DNA of 64,000 bases from Takakia lepidozioides (lineage: Eukaryota; Plantae; Bryophyta): assembly GCA_030704615.1 (NCBI GenBank), contig CM060733.1, positions 45,880,001 to 45,944,000 of the forward strand, written 5' to 3'. The notes below the pieces were generated by a model. That model was not told the DNA's origin, did no database searches, and was given only the letters and a program-made list of their open reading frames with translations. A program made the position numbers and the translations under genes. The stretch's first letter is position 1. The number at the start of each line of letters is the position of its first letter. Positions 1-12,000 of the stretch are shown here, piece by piece.

Positions 1-204
1 ACAAAACCCTTCAATGAATGCATCAAACTTACTTCCTTTGGAACTCTTGAGATGACTGGAACGAATATTTTGTGTGAGAATGCCACTTCACCTGGGTGAG
101 GGTTAGGCCTTTGGAATGTGGTTGTAATGACTGCTGCCGCTAGCAACAACCTGAAAAAACTAAAAGTGGAAGCTAATGAAGAAGTGGTAAAAAACTGTGC
201 ACAG

Positions 205-1588
205 GCTCAAATTCACAGTAGTGAAAATATTTGGTGTGCAGATTGTTTTGGACGGAAGGAAGTGCCATGCCCAGTGTGCAATAAGGACCAGGAGCCTGGT
301 TCATATTTATCAGGACAAACAACCGTGTGTCCTCGGTGCTACGGACGAGGCCTCCTGGCACATCAAGATGGCTCTGATTCCAAGTGGGTGGTGTCTCGTG
401 CCGTCCTTTGTCCTAGCTGCTCTGTACAAGAGCTGGACAAGCTAGTCAATATGTGCATTACTTGTGGGGAGCTAATGAGGATGTTCTTTGCATAATTCAA
501 AGTGCATATTCAAGTGAAAGCATTGCACAGGAGCTGGTTAATGTTTCTAGGAAAATTGGAGTACTGTCCCTGCTTGGTGTTATCTGATCTATTTAAGTAG
601 TTTTGTAGAGTCTGCAATGTTTGCTTAAAGCAAGGCTCAATATGAAGTTATGATTTTATGTGGCAATATGATAAGAGTCCATATCAAAGCATCTCAACTT
701 CAAACTTAATCACTTTCACTTCCAGATTGCAGCTTTACACGGGACTTAAATGGTTGCCACCCAGCGTTCCTGCCGGTGCACAGGGCTCTGAAGCAATGTG
801 CTACTGCAAGTTGCCTCCTAAAACGTATCATTAAATTACTGACTGTTGAAATTTGTTCAGATGCTTGCAATGCGAAGGTAAAGGGAGGCTGCCATGTGCT
901 CAGTGCAACTCACGCGGACTGCTCAAGTGTAAGAAATGTCAGGGCTCAGGTGCCCTGCTTCTGGGAAATCTTCTCACCGTGACGTGGTATGCTTTCAGTT
1001 CTTTCCAAGTTATCCCAGTGATTAGAATGTATTTAGGGGACCTTGAATAGAATAGGAAGAGATGAGGGCCCTAGCAATATCAATATGGAATAATTAGGGA
1101 TAAATTCTTTGCAAGGCTTATCTGAAGAGGTGGTATGTGTAGGAGGGTACTTGACTTTTTGAAATCTTGGCAAAGTGTCTCTAAGCAAGTACTTTGGATG
1201 CAGGAGAACATTAGTCACCAAGAAGATCAGTGCATCAAGCAATGCTGCGTCAGTACCTGATGAGGTGTTTCATGAAGGCAAAGGGGTGCAACTGTACAGC
1301 AGCGAATCTTATCAGTGCCATCCTGTCTGCTTTCCAAACTGTCATGGGCTCACCAAGCTGTCTTCTGACATAATTGCTGACCATGCACAAGTTCCCCCTT
1401 CAGCGCGCGTTATTTGTGAGAGACAACAGATGTATATGATCCCCGTCACACGCGTGTTGGTTTCTCAAGGTGACAGATCATTCAAGTTCTACATCGTTGG
1501 ATTGAACAAGTGGATTTATGTCAAGGATTATCCCTCAAGGTGCTGTTATGGGCTCTGTTGTTGCCAAAGTTCATGTACTATTTTGTGA
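205..1588 (+). CDS. SSUH2: SSUH2-like / DnaJ-type cysteine-rich zinc-finger protein (At2g38000-like), last three exons; 5' exons lie upstream of the window
   Basis: Exons ~205-383, 861-986 and 1204-1588 join in frame across GT-AG introns. They give CxxCxGxG repeats (CADCFGRK, CPRCYGRG, CLQCEGKG, CKKCQGSG), then SVPDEVFH...ARVICER...PVTRV...YPSRCC, as in plant SSUH2 homologues. The protein ends in CTIL. Confidence 0.85.
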
Positions 1589-2329
1589 TCTTGAGTGGTC
1601 ATGGGCCTTTTGTCCAGAGTAATGTCTAAGGACCTGGAGAAGTCATGACTTTTCCATCTGCATGAAGTTGGTGTGTTTGGTCATTATATGTATGATCTAA
1701 TAGAGTGTACTCATGAGGCAATGTTTGCCATAGCCTATGTGCAATCTAACAGAATGTGCCAAATTTTAATGAGATTTTAGACATTTATATCTGGAGGATG
1801 TAGAGGGTAGGTTTCACCATCTGCAGCATTTGCTTCAACACAAGTACTCTGGAGTGAAATGTAAGACATGGTAAACCTGACAAATTGTTGAAGTCATCTA
1901 TTAATGGGAGGTCCCATTTGTGAGGTGATTGCTGGACGCTTTCAAACCACACCCAAGATGCATCACACCCAACAAGACAGTGTGAAGAACAAATAATCCC
2001 TCAGCTTGAACCAGGCAAGATATCCACGTGCAAGTTACAATTGAGTATAAGTATTCCAGTGGAGAGAAAGAAAGGCAAAAAGTGACGTGGAGAAGTAACC
2101 GGAGGCCCAAAGGGGAAGGATCTAAATCCATGCACAACCTTTATCATGCTTCTGCAACGGTTATGTCTTGCTCCTTTTGAGTAAATTATATGCAGTTTGT
2201 ATTGCGCCTAGGACCTGCAGACAATGATCTTCTATTCAACAGAAACACGTGTATCTGCAATTTAGAATCACTGCAATAAAACCCTAGGCATTCAGTAACC
2301 ATAAGGCTCTTTGGTGCCAGAACTGGATA

Positions 2330-5324
2330 TCATGTTCGCCGGTATGTAAGCTTCTCTGACTGCACATAACCAAGCCACCCCGTCCCGCCTCACACATCAT
2401 GATACTTTTTTCTGGATTAAGTTTCAAGATCTCTGATGTTCTGAGATGTCCCAAGATCAAACAGAAATTGGAATACAAGGATTTCTCACAAACTACATAT
2501 GATGTGGACAGTCACTGCCAATGAAGTGAAGAAGACCTTTGATTTCAAGACAACCAACAACATGGGTATTGACAAGCTGAAAGGGACTCACAGTTTCCCA
2601 CCACCTTGCAAAAGGACTCATGTGAAAGTGTAAGTCTGGCAGCAGGAAAGTATTTTACCTTAATTAGCATGTAGGTTGGAAGCCAGGCAGGTGATGTAGG
2701 GATTCCGGCCCATGTCAGCTGTGACACATTCACACTACTGTTCAGTACACAGCAAAAATGGATGGCTTTCTGATAAGTTTCACTTGCAACCAAACTATAT
2801 TTGGGTCATTGGAGGGCATTCACCAACTAGGTGAGACCATTCAGCAGTAAAACTGTTGAAAGTTGCCCTGGCTACGATCCACTCTTTAAGTGTAACAGAC
2901 GGCCACGTCAACCATGTCCTTATAGGGCCTCACCAAGCACAAGAGTGCAATACATGCAAATTTGCGAGTACTCTTACCAGAGCATACTCTCCATGGTCAA
3001 AATATCTTAATTCCAAGACCTGCAAAAGCAAACAGTCTTGTGAGCAGCCAGGAAATACTCCATGTAGGAGTAAGAGACCACTGCAACTCGAAGTGGCACT
3101 GTGAATCTTATATTCCCCAAACACTCTTGCATAGTTTTCAGCCCGTTAGCTTGATAGACAGGTCTACAAGTCGATAAAGACTATGCCTACACGATTTACA
3201 CCAAAGTAGGCAGAATGACCTTTATTGTGAACCGACATTCAAATCTCTGAATTAATTCCAGGTGAGAGAAGTGCATATTAGTGACACGCACACCTTCCTC
3301 CAGACTGTTACAAAATGTGGTGGGAAGCTGGCTGCAAGGATCACTTATCTGTAAAAGTGTTCGACTCAAAATGGTTTTCTGACTTCGGAGGGCACAGCAG
3401 TTGGAATGCTTAAATTGGTTCAAATTTGCCTTCTGGCCTACTGAATCAAGAGAAACCAGGACACACAGACAATAGCCTGCTGCATACCTCACCACGGTCT
3501 TCATAGATGTAGTCTAGCCCCTTGAAATAGGGTGGGTGTCCAACTGAGAGGTACTGCATGCATGCAACGCTCATCCCAATTAAAAATTCTACAAGATCAT
3601 GATAAGGTCAATGTCTTCATCTACGATTTAGAAGCCAAGGTGTACTTGGTGACGACCTTCATTACTCTTAACTTTCAGTTCAAATTAATCGATTGCAGAC
3701 CACCAGAGTCTGCATTCATGTTCGTCGATAAGCCAAAACTGTGTTCCATTACAGCTTGGGAATTCAAGCACAAGCGAGGTGAGAGTTCATCAAATAGAGT
3801 GTGGAACATACCTCCACACTGTTGAGATACTTTTCTTTATCAACTCTCACAATTTGTCCCTTCTTTACTGCCACCAAAGAAACCCAAACTTCTTTCAAAG
3901 ATTAAAATCAGGCATACCTATGGCTATGATACCAACTTGTTTTCGTCAATTGTGGAATGTGGAATGTGCCCTACCTAGTTCCTCTGGTCAGAAGCCAAAG
4001 AGCTCCAGGAGCAACTGGCTGAGACAATGTGTGGGTCGAGCAGGCAACCACAAACTATAGTAAAACTTGGATGGATCTGAAAAACGTGGACAGCATGGAA
4101 AACAGGGGGAGTCACTTTTGAATATAGATCAAAGCTTTCCTAGTTCTGGAGTGTTTAGTGTGGAAACACCACAATATATGCTCTGTATGACTTGATATCC
4201 AAGCCCTAGCTCTCCAGCTATGCATTATCTCATAACAGAATGCCCTGCTACAGAATCCTTGGAGAAACATTGCCCTAGCAGCAACCAGCATTTTGGCCCG
4301 AGAGTAGAGGGCCACCATGAACTAATAGGAGCTCTGATCAAGAGAGAACAAGATGTGCAACAAACAGTACCAATGAAACACAGTAGGAGTACCAGGGTGG
4401 GCATGAGAAAACATACAGGTAAATTCACGCTTTTTGGGAGTCTGAGTGACATTGGAGGCAGGGATAGGGGAGGGGACTGGGGCCGATGCAGGTGTGGGCT
4501 CTGCGGCAGCCGAAGTCACACGCATGCCTCTCCTCTGCAATGCATTCATGGCTCAAAGTTTATTATTGCCAAGCAGGGTGTATCAAGAGGGGAGGAGGGC
4601 CATAAGATTGGTGAAGGCTCAGTTTAATGGTTTCCAGTCAGATTTTGCCAAAGGGTTGCTTAAATTTCCATAAATCTCATGCAGTCAAAGATAAGCTGGG
4701 AATTTGAGTGTCAATGTATGGCGTAGTATAAAGATCATACAAGGAGATACAATGTTGCTATGTGTGCTCCTGCTCTAGAGTAAATTTGCACAGCTTTAGG
4801 GGGCAAATGTCGCATGTGTGAGAGACTAAGATGTTTTTGTCTACGGATTGACGTGTGACCACGTCCTCGGTGAGGAGCTACTGCTCAAACTGCGCACTCT
4901 GTCTGGCAAATCTCCACTGCCACCTGCCACACACCAATGTCTCCAGACTGTATCTACTCTGTTCATTATTGCTTGACTTTAGCTGACTTTCCCTGATTAC
5001 ATGTGTTATCCCAGGAATCAGTAAGCTTCCTCTGACCGTACGAGGCAATTCCCGAGAACAAACAGCTCTGGTGCAACCCAAGGAATGCAACACTCTCTCA
5101 ATTTTAAGGATTCACATTAAATTCTAAGAGAAGCAACAAAACCACCACACAACCTTCGCACATCTAACAAGTTCAGGTGATCATACAAGGTGCAGAGCAA
5201 GAACCTTATGCAATTCGGCTGGGCGGGTGCTCAAAGCATTCTGACAGGGAAAAATACGAAATGACTGACAACCGTCCTGCGTGTGTGGCAGAGCCAGACG
5301 GGGTTGCGCAGCTAGAGATGCCAT
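2330..5324 (-). CDS. NdhO: Chloroplast NAD(P)H dehydrogenase-like complex subunit O
   Basis: Small GT-AG exons on the minus strand: 3867-3812 (LKKGQIVRVDKEKYLNSVE), 3553-3488 (YLSVGHPPYFKGLDYIYEDRGE), 3019-2978 (VLELRYFDHGEYAL), 2718-2659 (LTWAGIPTSPAWLPTYMLIK), 2359-2330 (SEKLTYRRT*). Together they form the NdhO core. The transit-peptide exons (ATG 5324 MASLAAQPRL..., ~4923-4853, ~4534-4429) are less certain. Confidence 0.92.
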
Positions 5325-5489
5325 TGATGCTCTGTATCTTATGCAACACGGACACAACGCGATGGCGCACCAGAGAGGCGAGCTCATGCTTCCTCGGCCT
5401 CAAGCATTCCAACAGGAATGGATAAGAGGGTGGATGGATGGGGATGGAACCCTTTGAGATGGATAGAAATTTCTTGAGGGCCCCACACA

Positions 5490-5971
5490 GGCTCAGAATT
5501 TTGTGTGGCCTCGTCGTTATGAGGCTGGTCAGACGACCGTCAGGCCATCTCATTAATATAGGAGCAAACTACCTTCCTGCGTCAAGGACTTAGAATTTTT
5601 TTGGCATATGAATTTTACAACTACCTCCATGCAGGTAGTTTTAGGATTTTCTACATGAAGGTAGTTGCGAAACCAAGCTGAACTACCTGCATGAGAGTAG
5701 TTGCACACCACCTCCATGGAGGTAGTTACAGTAAGCGCCAACCACCGGAACCACGTTCACGGAATGGAACCCCAGATCTGCGCATCGTCACAGCGCCATC
5801 GACTTACCACCAGACCACAACCTCCGCCGTGCCGATGGTCTGACGTTTTTTCGATATATAAGAGAAACAGGGGAACAGGGATCCTTTTAATGTAGCGGGG
5901 CCGCTGTCAGGTCCCTGTCCCCTCTGCACCGTGCGGCCTCATTACGACGAGGCCACACAAAATTCTGAGGC
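5490..5971. mobile_element. Mutator-like (MULE) non-autonomous element, 482 bp
   Basis: ~36-bp near-perfect TIR (ggctcagaattttgtgtggcctcgtcgttatgaggc / gcctcattacgacgaggccacacaaaattctgaggc) and a perfect 10-bp TSD gccccacaca at 5480-5489 and 5972-5981. G-starting TIRs with a 9-10 bp TSD are typical of MULEs. Confidence 0.85.
5567..5727. repeat. Array of 4-5 degenerate 22-bp palindromes (consensus aactacctccatggaggtagtt) inside the MULE
   Basis: Copies at ~5567 (half), 5619-5640, ~5650-5666, 5681-5702 and 5706-5727, separated by short unrelated spacers. Confidence 0.8.
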
Positions 5972-7419
5972 GCCCCACACATCTGAGAAAGTGAATGGAG
6001 AAGCATTTCAGCACACTTGGGCATAAGGCTTATGAGCCTTTTGCCATTGAGCTCCCGCGCAAAGACAACAAACTTTGGTGGGCTAGTACAGGGCATATTC
6101 ATGATATCTCTGTTTCTAAAGCAATGAATTTCTTTGTACATACCAATAGTTTTAAACTGTTAACTGTACTGCGGTGGTCCCCAAAGATCAAAGTATCTCT
6201 TCGCGCAATCTATCAGCCCCTGGAGGTTGGAAGGACTCTCCGGATGGTGAAGTTTGGCAAGGGAGACCATCAGTCACGGTGGAGCATCTCACAGGGGAGT
6301 CCACCCATGTGGAAAAGTTGGTGACTTGGTCCCTGGGGGAGCTGGGAGCTCGCCATTTGGACGGCCTAATGATTCTGCAGGTATGGTAATGCTCTTTAGT
6401 CATGGCCTGAAGTGAATATTTGGACAAAGTTAAGAAAGTGAACCACAACAGTGTTTGAGGGTCAAGCCACCGATCAATAGTAAGACAGGTATTGCAGTGT
6501 TGAAATGATGATGGATGGTTCTATGAGTAGACATCTTGAGTGTTTGGCACTTTGAGCCTTGGACATGCGCCCTGAAGGGAGACTTGCCTGTTCCCCAGCC
6601 ATCAGATTGCACCTACTCTTGGGACATTCAGTTCCTGGAGGACTTACAAACTGGTTTGAACAACATGCTTCAAAACAAAATGGTGACAGATTCTGCATTG
6701 ACATCTCTGTTTAGGAAGACAAGACTTTCTCCCAATCGAATAATGTGATCTCATGCAAAGCACCTTGCAAGTCTTTGCAAGAAGCAACATAGTACCTACC
6801 AAGATGACACATTCACCATAAACACTGATGCTAGTGCTGCAAATGCCATGAGAACATGAACATTTATCCTCCCTCCTGCAACATCAGTTGCTGCATCTAG
6901 CAATGCTGGTACCTGCAACGGTCATCACTTAGGGAATGTCATTTCCAAATCTTATGAGAAGACAACCGTTCTTCAAGGGAAACTTGCGTCATGGGGAATG
7001 GTATATTTACCTGATGACCGAAACTTCAGAAACTGTTACCAAGAATCCACGTCCACAACAGCTTCAAATCTGACAATAGTTCAGTTCTGCTACGGAAATC
7101 AATGATGCTTGACTTAGAAGAAGGCCAACTTCTCATCAGATGCTAGCAGAACCCTATTTTACAAAGCTGTCAGTCAAGTCAACCCCCTTCCCAAAATGTG
7201 AAGAATTTGATAAGCAAACTGGCAGCACTAATTTTTTTCCCTTCAAATAATTCCTCAATAAAGTTTCCATCCAGGGCCACTGTCCCCTGTTAAATAAATA
7301 AGTAAATAAAATGTTAACCTATTTGTCAACCTCTAAGCATCAATTGATGTGAGATGCACCATTCTAAAATCTGATACCAACAGAAATTTGACTTATGCCC
7401 TCTAAATTATCTATATTAA

Positions 7420-8209
7420 CCCTTAAGTTCCCAAGCGACCTGAATCGGGTCACTTTGAATTTGCAGTTCGACCTAATTTTCGCAGATCTAATCTGATGGG
7501 GCCCACTCCTGAAGCTTTAATGACAAGGGATTTGTCTCGTGTATGATGCAAAAAACAAAAGTTGCCACTTACAAAAAATATCTTAGTCTCTCATTTACGT
7601 TTTGGGGCCTGAAAAGGGCTGTTGACCGCTGACATGGCAGGTAAACAAGCCCAAAACAGATTGCACTCCAAAGGCCATTTTTGGCAGCAATTTTGGAAAA
7701 AACACTTCACCTTGTGGTGTGTGAGCATTACATACAAACATCCACCATTGGCTTTTAAGAAATTTGTAGAAAAAAAAAGTACTTCATTTGGAGGCACATT
7801 TTCTGTTGTCAATTTTGAGATTTCAAACCCCATGTAATTGCATGCATAGCAACCATAGGTGAAAAAAATCAGTTGGACCTGCAATTTAGTGGGGTCATGG
7901 CCACTCCACTATTGATTTGGAAATGGTGGGTCTTGGGGCAAGCAAAATTGGATAAAGCTAGGTTTTGATTTGGTCAAACCTATTTCTTTCTAGCTTTTTC
8001 TTTGGGACCTGATATTTGAGGTCCGGGCCAACGCTATAATCTCACAATTTCCACGGTGGACTTGGCTCATTTTTTGGTATGTCATGCATAAATGAGCTGG
8101 GCCCATTGCTATAAGGCTGGAATCTGTGGATGATTTTTGGCATGTTTCTAGGGGCAATTTACTGCCCAAAATTGGTAAAAAGTCAAAAAAGGGCTTGGGA
8201 ACTTAAGGG
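7420..8209. mobile_element. piggyBac-like non-autonomous DNA transposon (MITE), 790 bp
   Basis: Perfect 17-bp TIR cccttaagttcccaagc / gcttgggaacttaaggg, flanked on both sides by TTAA (7416-7419, 8210-8213). No transposase ORF inside. Confidence 0.8.
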
Positions 8210-8279
8210 TTAACATTCATATGTATAATGAGATATACGTTATTGCAATATATTAACTAACTTATGACTATAAAATGCC

Positions 8280-11200
8280 TCTCATTTTACAATAATAGGG
8301 TCATGAGTGCAAGCGTGCGAGAAGGACTGTGCGCCCATGACGAGGGGCTCCCCCGCCAGCGGTCGCCCATGCCCGCCCCTGCTGCTGCGGTTGCACCAGC
8401 CGCAGCTGCCCCGCCCTGGGTCGTCCACGGGCCGTTCCGCTGGGGCGGGTCCGCTCCCACTAGTCCGCCCGCCCGCAAGTTCTAGGCAGTCCAGGACGAA
8501 TCCCATCGCAGCCCTCCAATTTAGGGCCATATCTCGCCACGCCTTATCTCTGCCGCCAGCCATCTGCCACTAGCTGTAAACGTGGGTCCTGTTTCTCCTT
8601 GCACGTTCTCCATCGTGTCATGTGGCGCTTTCGTTGCGAGTTCTAGAGCGTGTGTTCTGCACTCTACAAGGCATGGACGTAAGAGCGAGGCATGGACGTA
8701 GGAGCGGAAGCCGACGACATGTAGCAATTTGAGAGCCAGCTTATACATCCTCTTCGGCAAAGTTTGCAAACGCCAAAACCAGGACCTTTCAACAATAAGG
8801 ACCTCCGTTGGAAGTGTGAAACGCAATATGGATTTAGGGGAGTGCAAATGCGTGTTAAAAAGACTTGTATACCTTGGGATAGAGTTGCGGACTTCATCCA
8901 TGGATAGGAGAGTGTGGAGGACTGCCCCACTCAGTATTTGGGTACATGTGCATAGTAAAGTTCTCGCTGCATCATCTTTATACTTAGCCAATTTCGCTTT
9001 CCAGGTCCCGCTCCATGCCATCGTTCACTGCTGGTGCCTTTGCTCCCGCCATTGTTTTCTTTCACCTGCTTTCGCCCTACAGCTGTAAGTACTCCCAAAT
9101 TGGATTGGCAGGTCCCCGGCCAAACGCGTCAGCTACTTGACATGAATTGATTTGAGGTCTCTTCGTGATCTGTTCCAACTTTTTCCTGCTCCATCCACCA
9201 GCTTGCAGATTCGCTCTCCTTCTCCCATGATCGTTTCATCGTGATGCTTGTCGACATACCCCACAAAAGTGTAAGGCCTTTCCATGAGGATTCCAGGTTT
9301 CGCTTCTTACCAGGTTTGATCATCATCACAAGTGTCCCCTCAGCCAGCTCAGGTAACGACTTCCCTCTTGATTTACATTGAGCATAAGCCTTCCTTTGTG
9401 CACTTTGCGCAACTTGTACATTGGCTCTCAGTTTTGCCTCTAGCTCGCGGATGATTCACACCTTCTCTGCAATCATGTTCTGCATAGCTCCAATGTCATC
9501 ACTTAGCTCAACTAGCTCAGTAATGCCAGGTAATTCGTTGTCTATTCCCAATCGCATTTCCCTGCCAGTAAGTACTTTGAAAGGTGACAAGTTCGTGGAG
9601 GCTTGAATCCCTATTCTGTATCCGAATGTTGCCTTGTATATGTCCCTGTCCCATTCTTTGTTTTCTTCTTTTCCCATGGTGACCATGCATTCTTTCATTG
9701 ATCATATTAACCGCACCACCATCCCGTTGCACTGGGGCCAATAAGGTGCGGAATGCTCATGTTTAATCCCAAAGCGTTGACAGACCAGAGCAAAATCCTT
9801 CGTCCATTCTGCTCCATGATCTGTAAGTACAGTGTTTGGCACTCCATAGCGGTAAATCACTTCCTCCTCCAAGAACCTTGCGGTGAGCAATGAAGTGTGT
9901 TTGTTGACAGGGCAAACTTCTACCCTCTTAGAGAAGTGGTCCACAGCGATTAGGGCGTATTTATTTCCAGTTGTGGACAGAGGTAATGGACCGGCAGTAT
10001 CCAAAGCTATTCTGTAGAAGATGTCTCTTACAGGAATACTCTCATCTGCTTCGCTCCAGATCGCAAAGGTGTAGTGGTCTTGGCCAACTGACACTTGAGG
10101 CATGATTTCAATACCTTTACTGTCGTTTTGGTTCTGTTGTGCCAAAAGAAACGCTTGCAGACCTCATGATGGATACGGTGAACTCCAAAATGTCCCATTT
10201 CTTCATGAATTTGTTGGACTATGGCTTCTCGCTCCTTCTTCTCTGGTACTAACTGACCTTGAAACACAAATCTCCCTTCCATCAGTTTGTATGATTTGGC
10301 CCTCTTCCTCACTCTTTTTGCTTCTTTGGAATCCAAATATTCATTTACTTCACCAAATGTAAGCATGTGCATGACCTATATGTCATCCAGAATATCAGAA
10401 ATTGTCTCCTCCTCTTGTGCTTCATCACTGAGGCTGTTCCACCCTCTTCCTCCTTCTGTTCACCTTCAGCTGCCATTAACAACTCCAGCTGCATGTGTTT
10501 TGTGATCAGCCCCTTCTTTCTGCTGATTTAATCGCCAGAGGCTCAGTACGCAACTACTCATGCTTTTCTTCATTGCTGGTCCCTTCATGACTCAAGGCAT
10601 TTGTAGTTTCTTCATCATAGGAGGCGGGTGACAGGTTTATGTTTGCTGATGGTGTTTCCTTCGAGTTCAGTTCATTTGACTTAGTTTCAGAGGTGTCATC
10701 AACTTCTGCTTCCTTCCCTTCCTGGGTTCCTGCCCCTTGGCTCCTGGTAAAGACCATGTTTATGGTTGGAATGAAGTCAAGTGAGCTCCCAGCTGCTGGT
10801 ATGCTTCTCTTTCTTCCACATGCTGGTTGTCTCCTGCAAATATGCACAATTTCTTGTTGACAGTATCAGCAGGTGCCTTCTTTCTTGGTGGTGGATGTCG
10901 GTCCTCACCTTGGTCTTTCAGTTCTTCATCTCTTCTCAGCTTGGCTATCTCCCTCTCATCACGCCAGTCCTTCTGACCATCTCCATCCTCTCCTTCCATG
11001 GTGACAACCCACTTGAACCCCTTTGGTGTGTTTTGATCTCCGTACGCAAGTCTCCATTTAGTTATTTGCTGCCCTGCTGAAGACTCCCAAATCTGGTTGT
11101 CTTATTCCCTTTTTGCTTCTTCATTTGTACCATTGTAAGACACTAGTTCAGGATCTGTTTGTTCTTCTTTGTGATGTGACTGACAGAACCTCCCTTGCTA

Positions 11201-12000
11201 TTGCTTCATCCCTTCCTGACTGGTCCCTTTTTGACCCCAAATCTACCTCTGTTTGTTGCTGCAATCCCTTTGTGCGCAGATTATAATTTTCAGTATCGCT
11301 CCTTATCTGTCCGCCAGCTCCTTCTTCTCTTTTTCCTTCAGCTTGTGCCTCTCGTAATCCATCAGTAGGTCTCCCTTTGTCAAGACTTTGCTGTTCAGTT
11401 TTCAACTCCCAAATTTTGTCTTCTTGCTCCATCCTTGCTTCCCCATTTGGCTGACTTGGTTCTTTGTTTTCCCATCTGTCTCTCTTCTGATATCCTTTGT
11501 TGGTGTGCAGGTTAATGATGCCTGTAATGCTCCGTATCAGTCCAAAAAAGGATAAGGACTACCTTCTGATCTGTTCTCCTTTTTCATCAGTCGGCTTCCG
11601 TTGACGTTGACCTTCCCTGTTTTCCAGCTTTACTCCACATGTCTGTTTGTCTTGTTTTCCTTTTCCTTCATGCTGATTTCCCTTGTTGGTGTGCAGGTCT
11701 TGCACTCTGTTACTGCTCCTTATCAGCCCACAAAGAGGTAATCCTTCTTTCTTCTTTTCTTGTTCAGCTTGTGCCCTTTCTCCTCCAGTAGGTTTCCATT
11801 TGTTGGGACCATGCTGTTTTGCTCCCAACTCCCAAATTTTGTCCTCCAGCTCTGCTTTCTTTGCACAGGTGTTATTCTGACCTGCTGTCACTAGTTCTGG
11901 TCCAGCTGTTCTCCTTCCAGATATCCAAGCGAACACATAGTCAAGTTCTCCCGTTGATGATCTCGCAAAAACTGACTGAGACATCCATGTTGCTTCGTCC
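8280..12000 (-). mobile_element. Degenerate Ty3/gypsy-type element: integrase (~10400-9130) plus flanking ORF remnants
   Basis: HHCC zinc finger (HEEMGHFG...CLKCQ), catalytic core (IALDTAGP...VLTDHGAEW...PQCNGMV), TNLSPF and a frameshifted GPY/F module (SSWKG-PY), broken by frameshifts and stops. Upstream lies a charged low-complexity region with an internal duplication (EDKIWEL at ~11840 and ~11420). No RT or RNase H seen. Outer boundaries are approximate. Confidence 0.8.

Noticed and set aside
5567-5727. CRISPR-like appearance of palindromic repeats with spacers
   Set aside because: Spacers are very short and irregular, the repeats are degenerate, there are no cas genes, and the array lies inside a eukaryotic TIR element.
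5995-7150. Overlapping 60-110 aa ORFs between the MULE and the piggyBac-like element
   Set aside because: No consistent frame, motif or exon chain; not a transposase for either element.
7370-7380. tggtatcaga (tRNA-iMet PBS-like) on the minus strand; similar at ~12255 and ~44347
   Set aside because: Not preceded by an LTR-ending CA and no associated LTR or gag was found.
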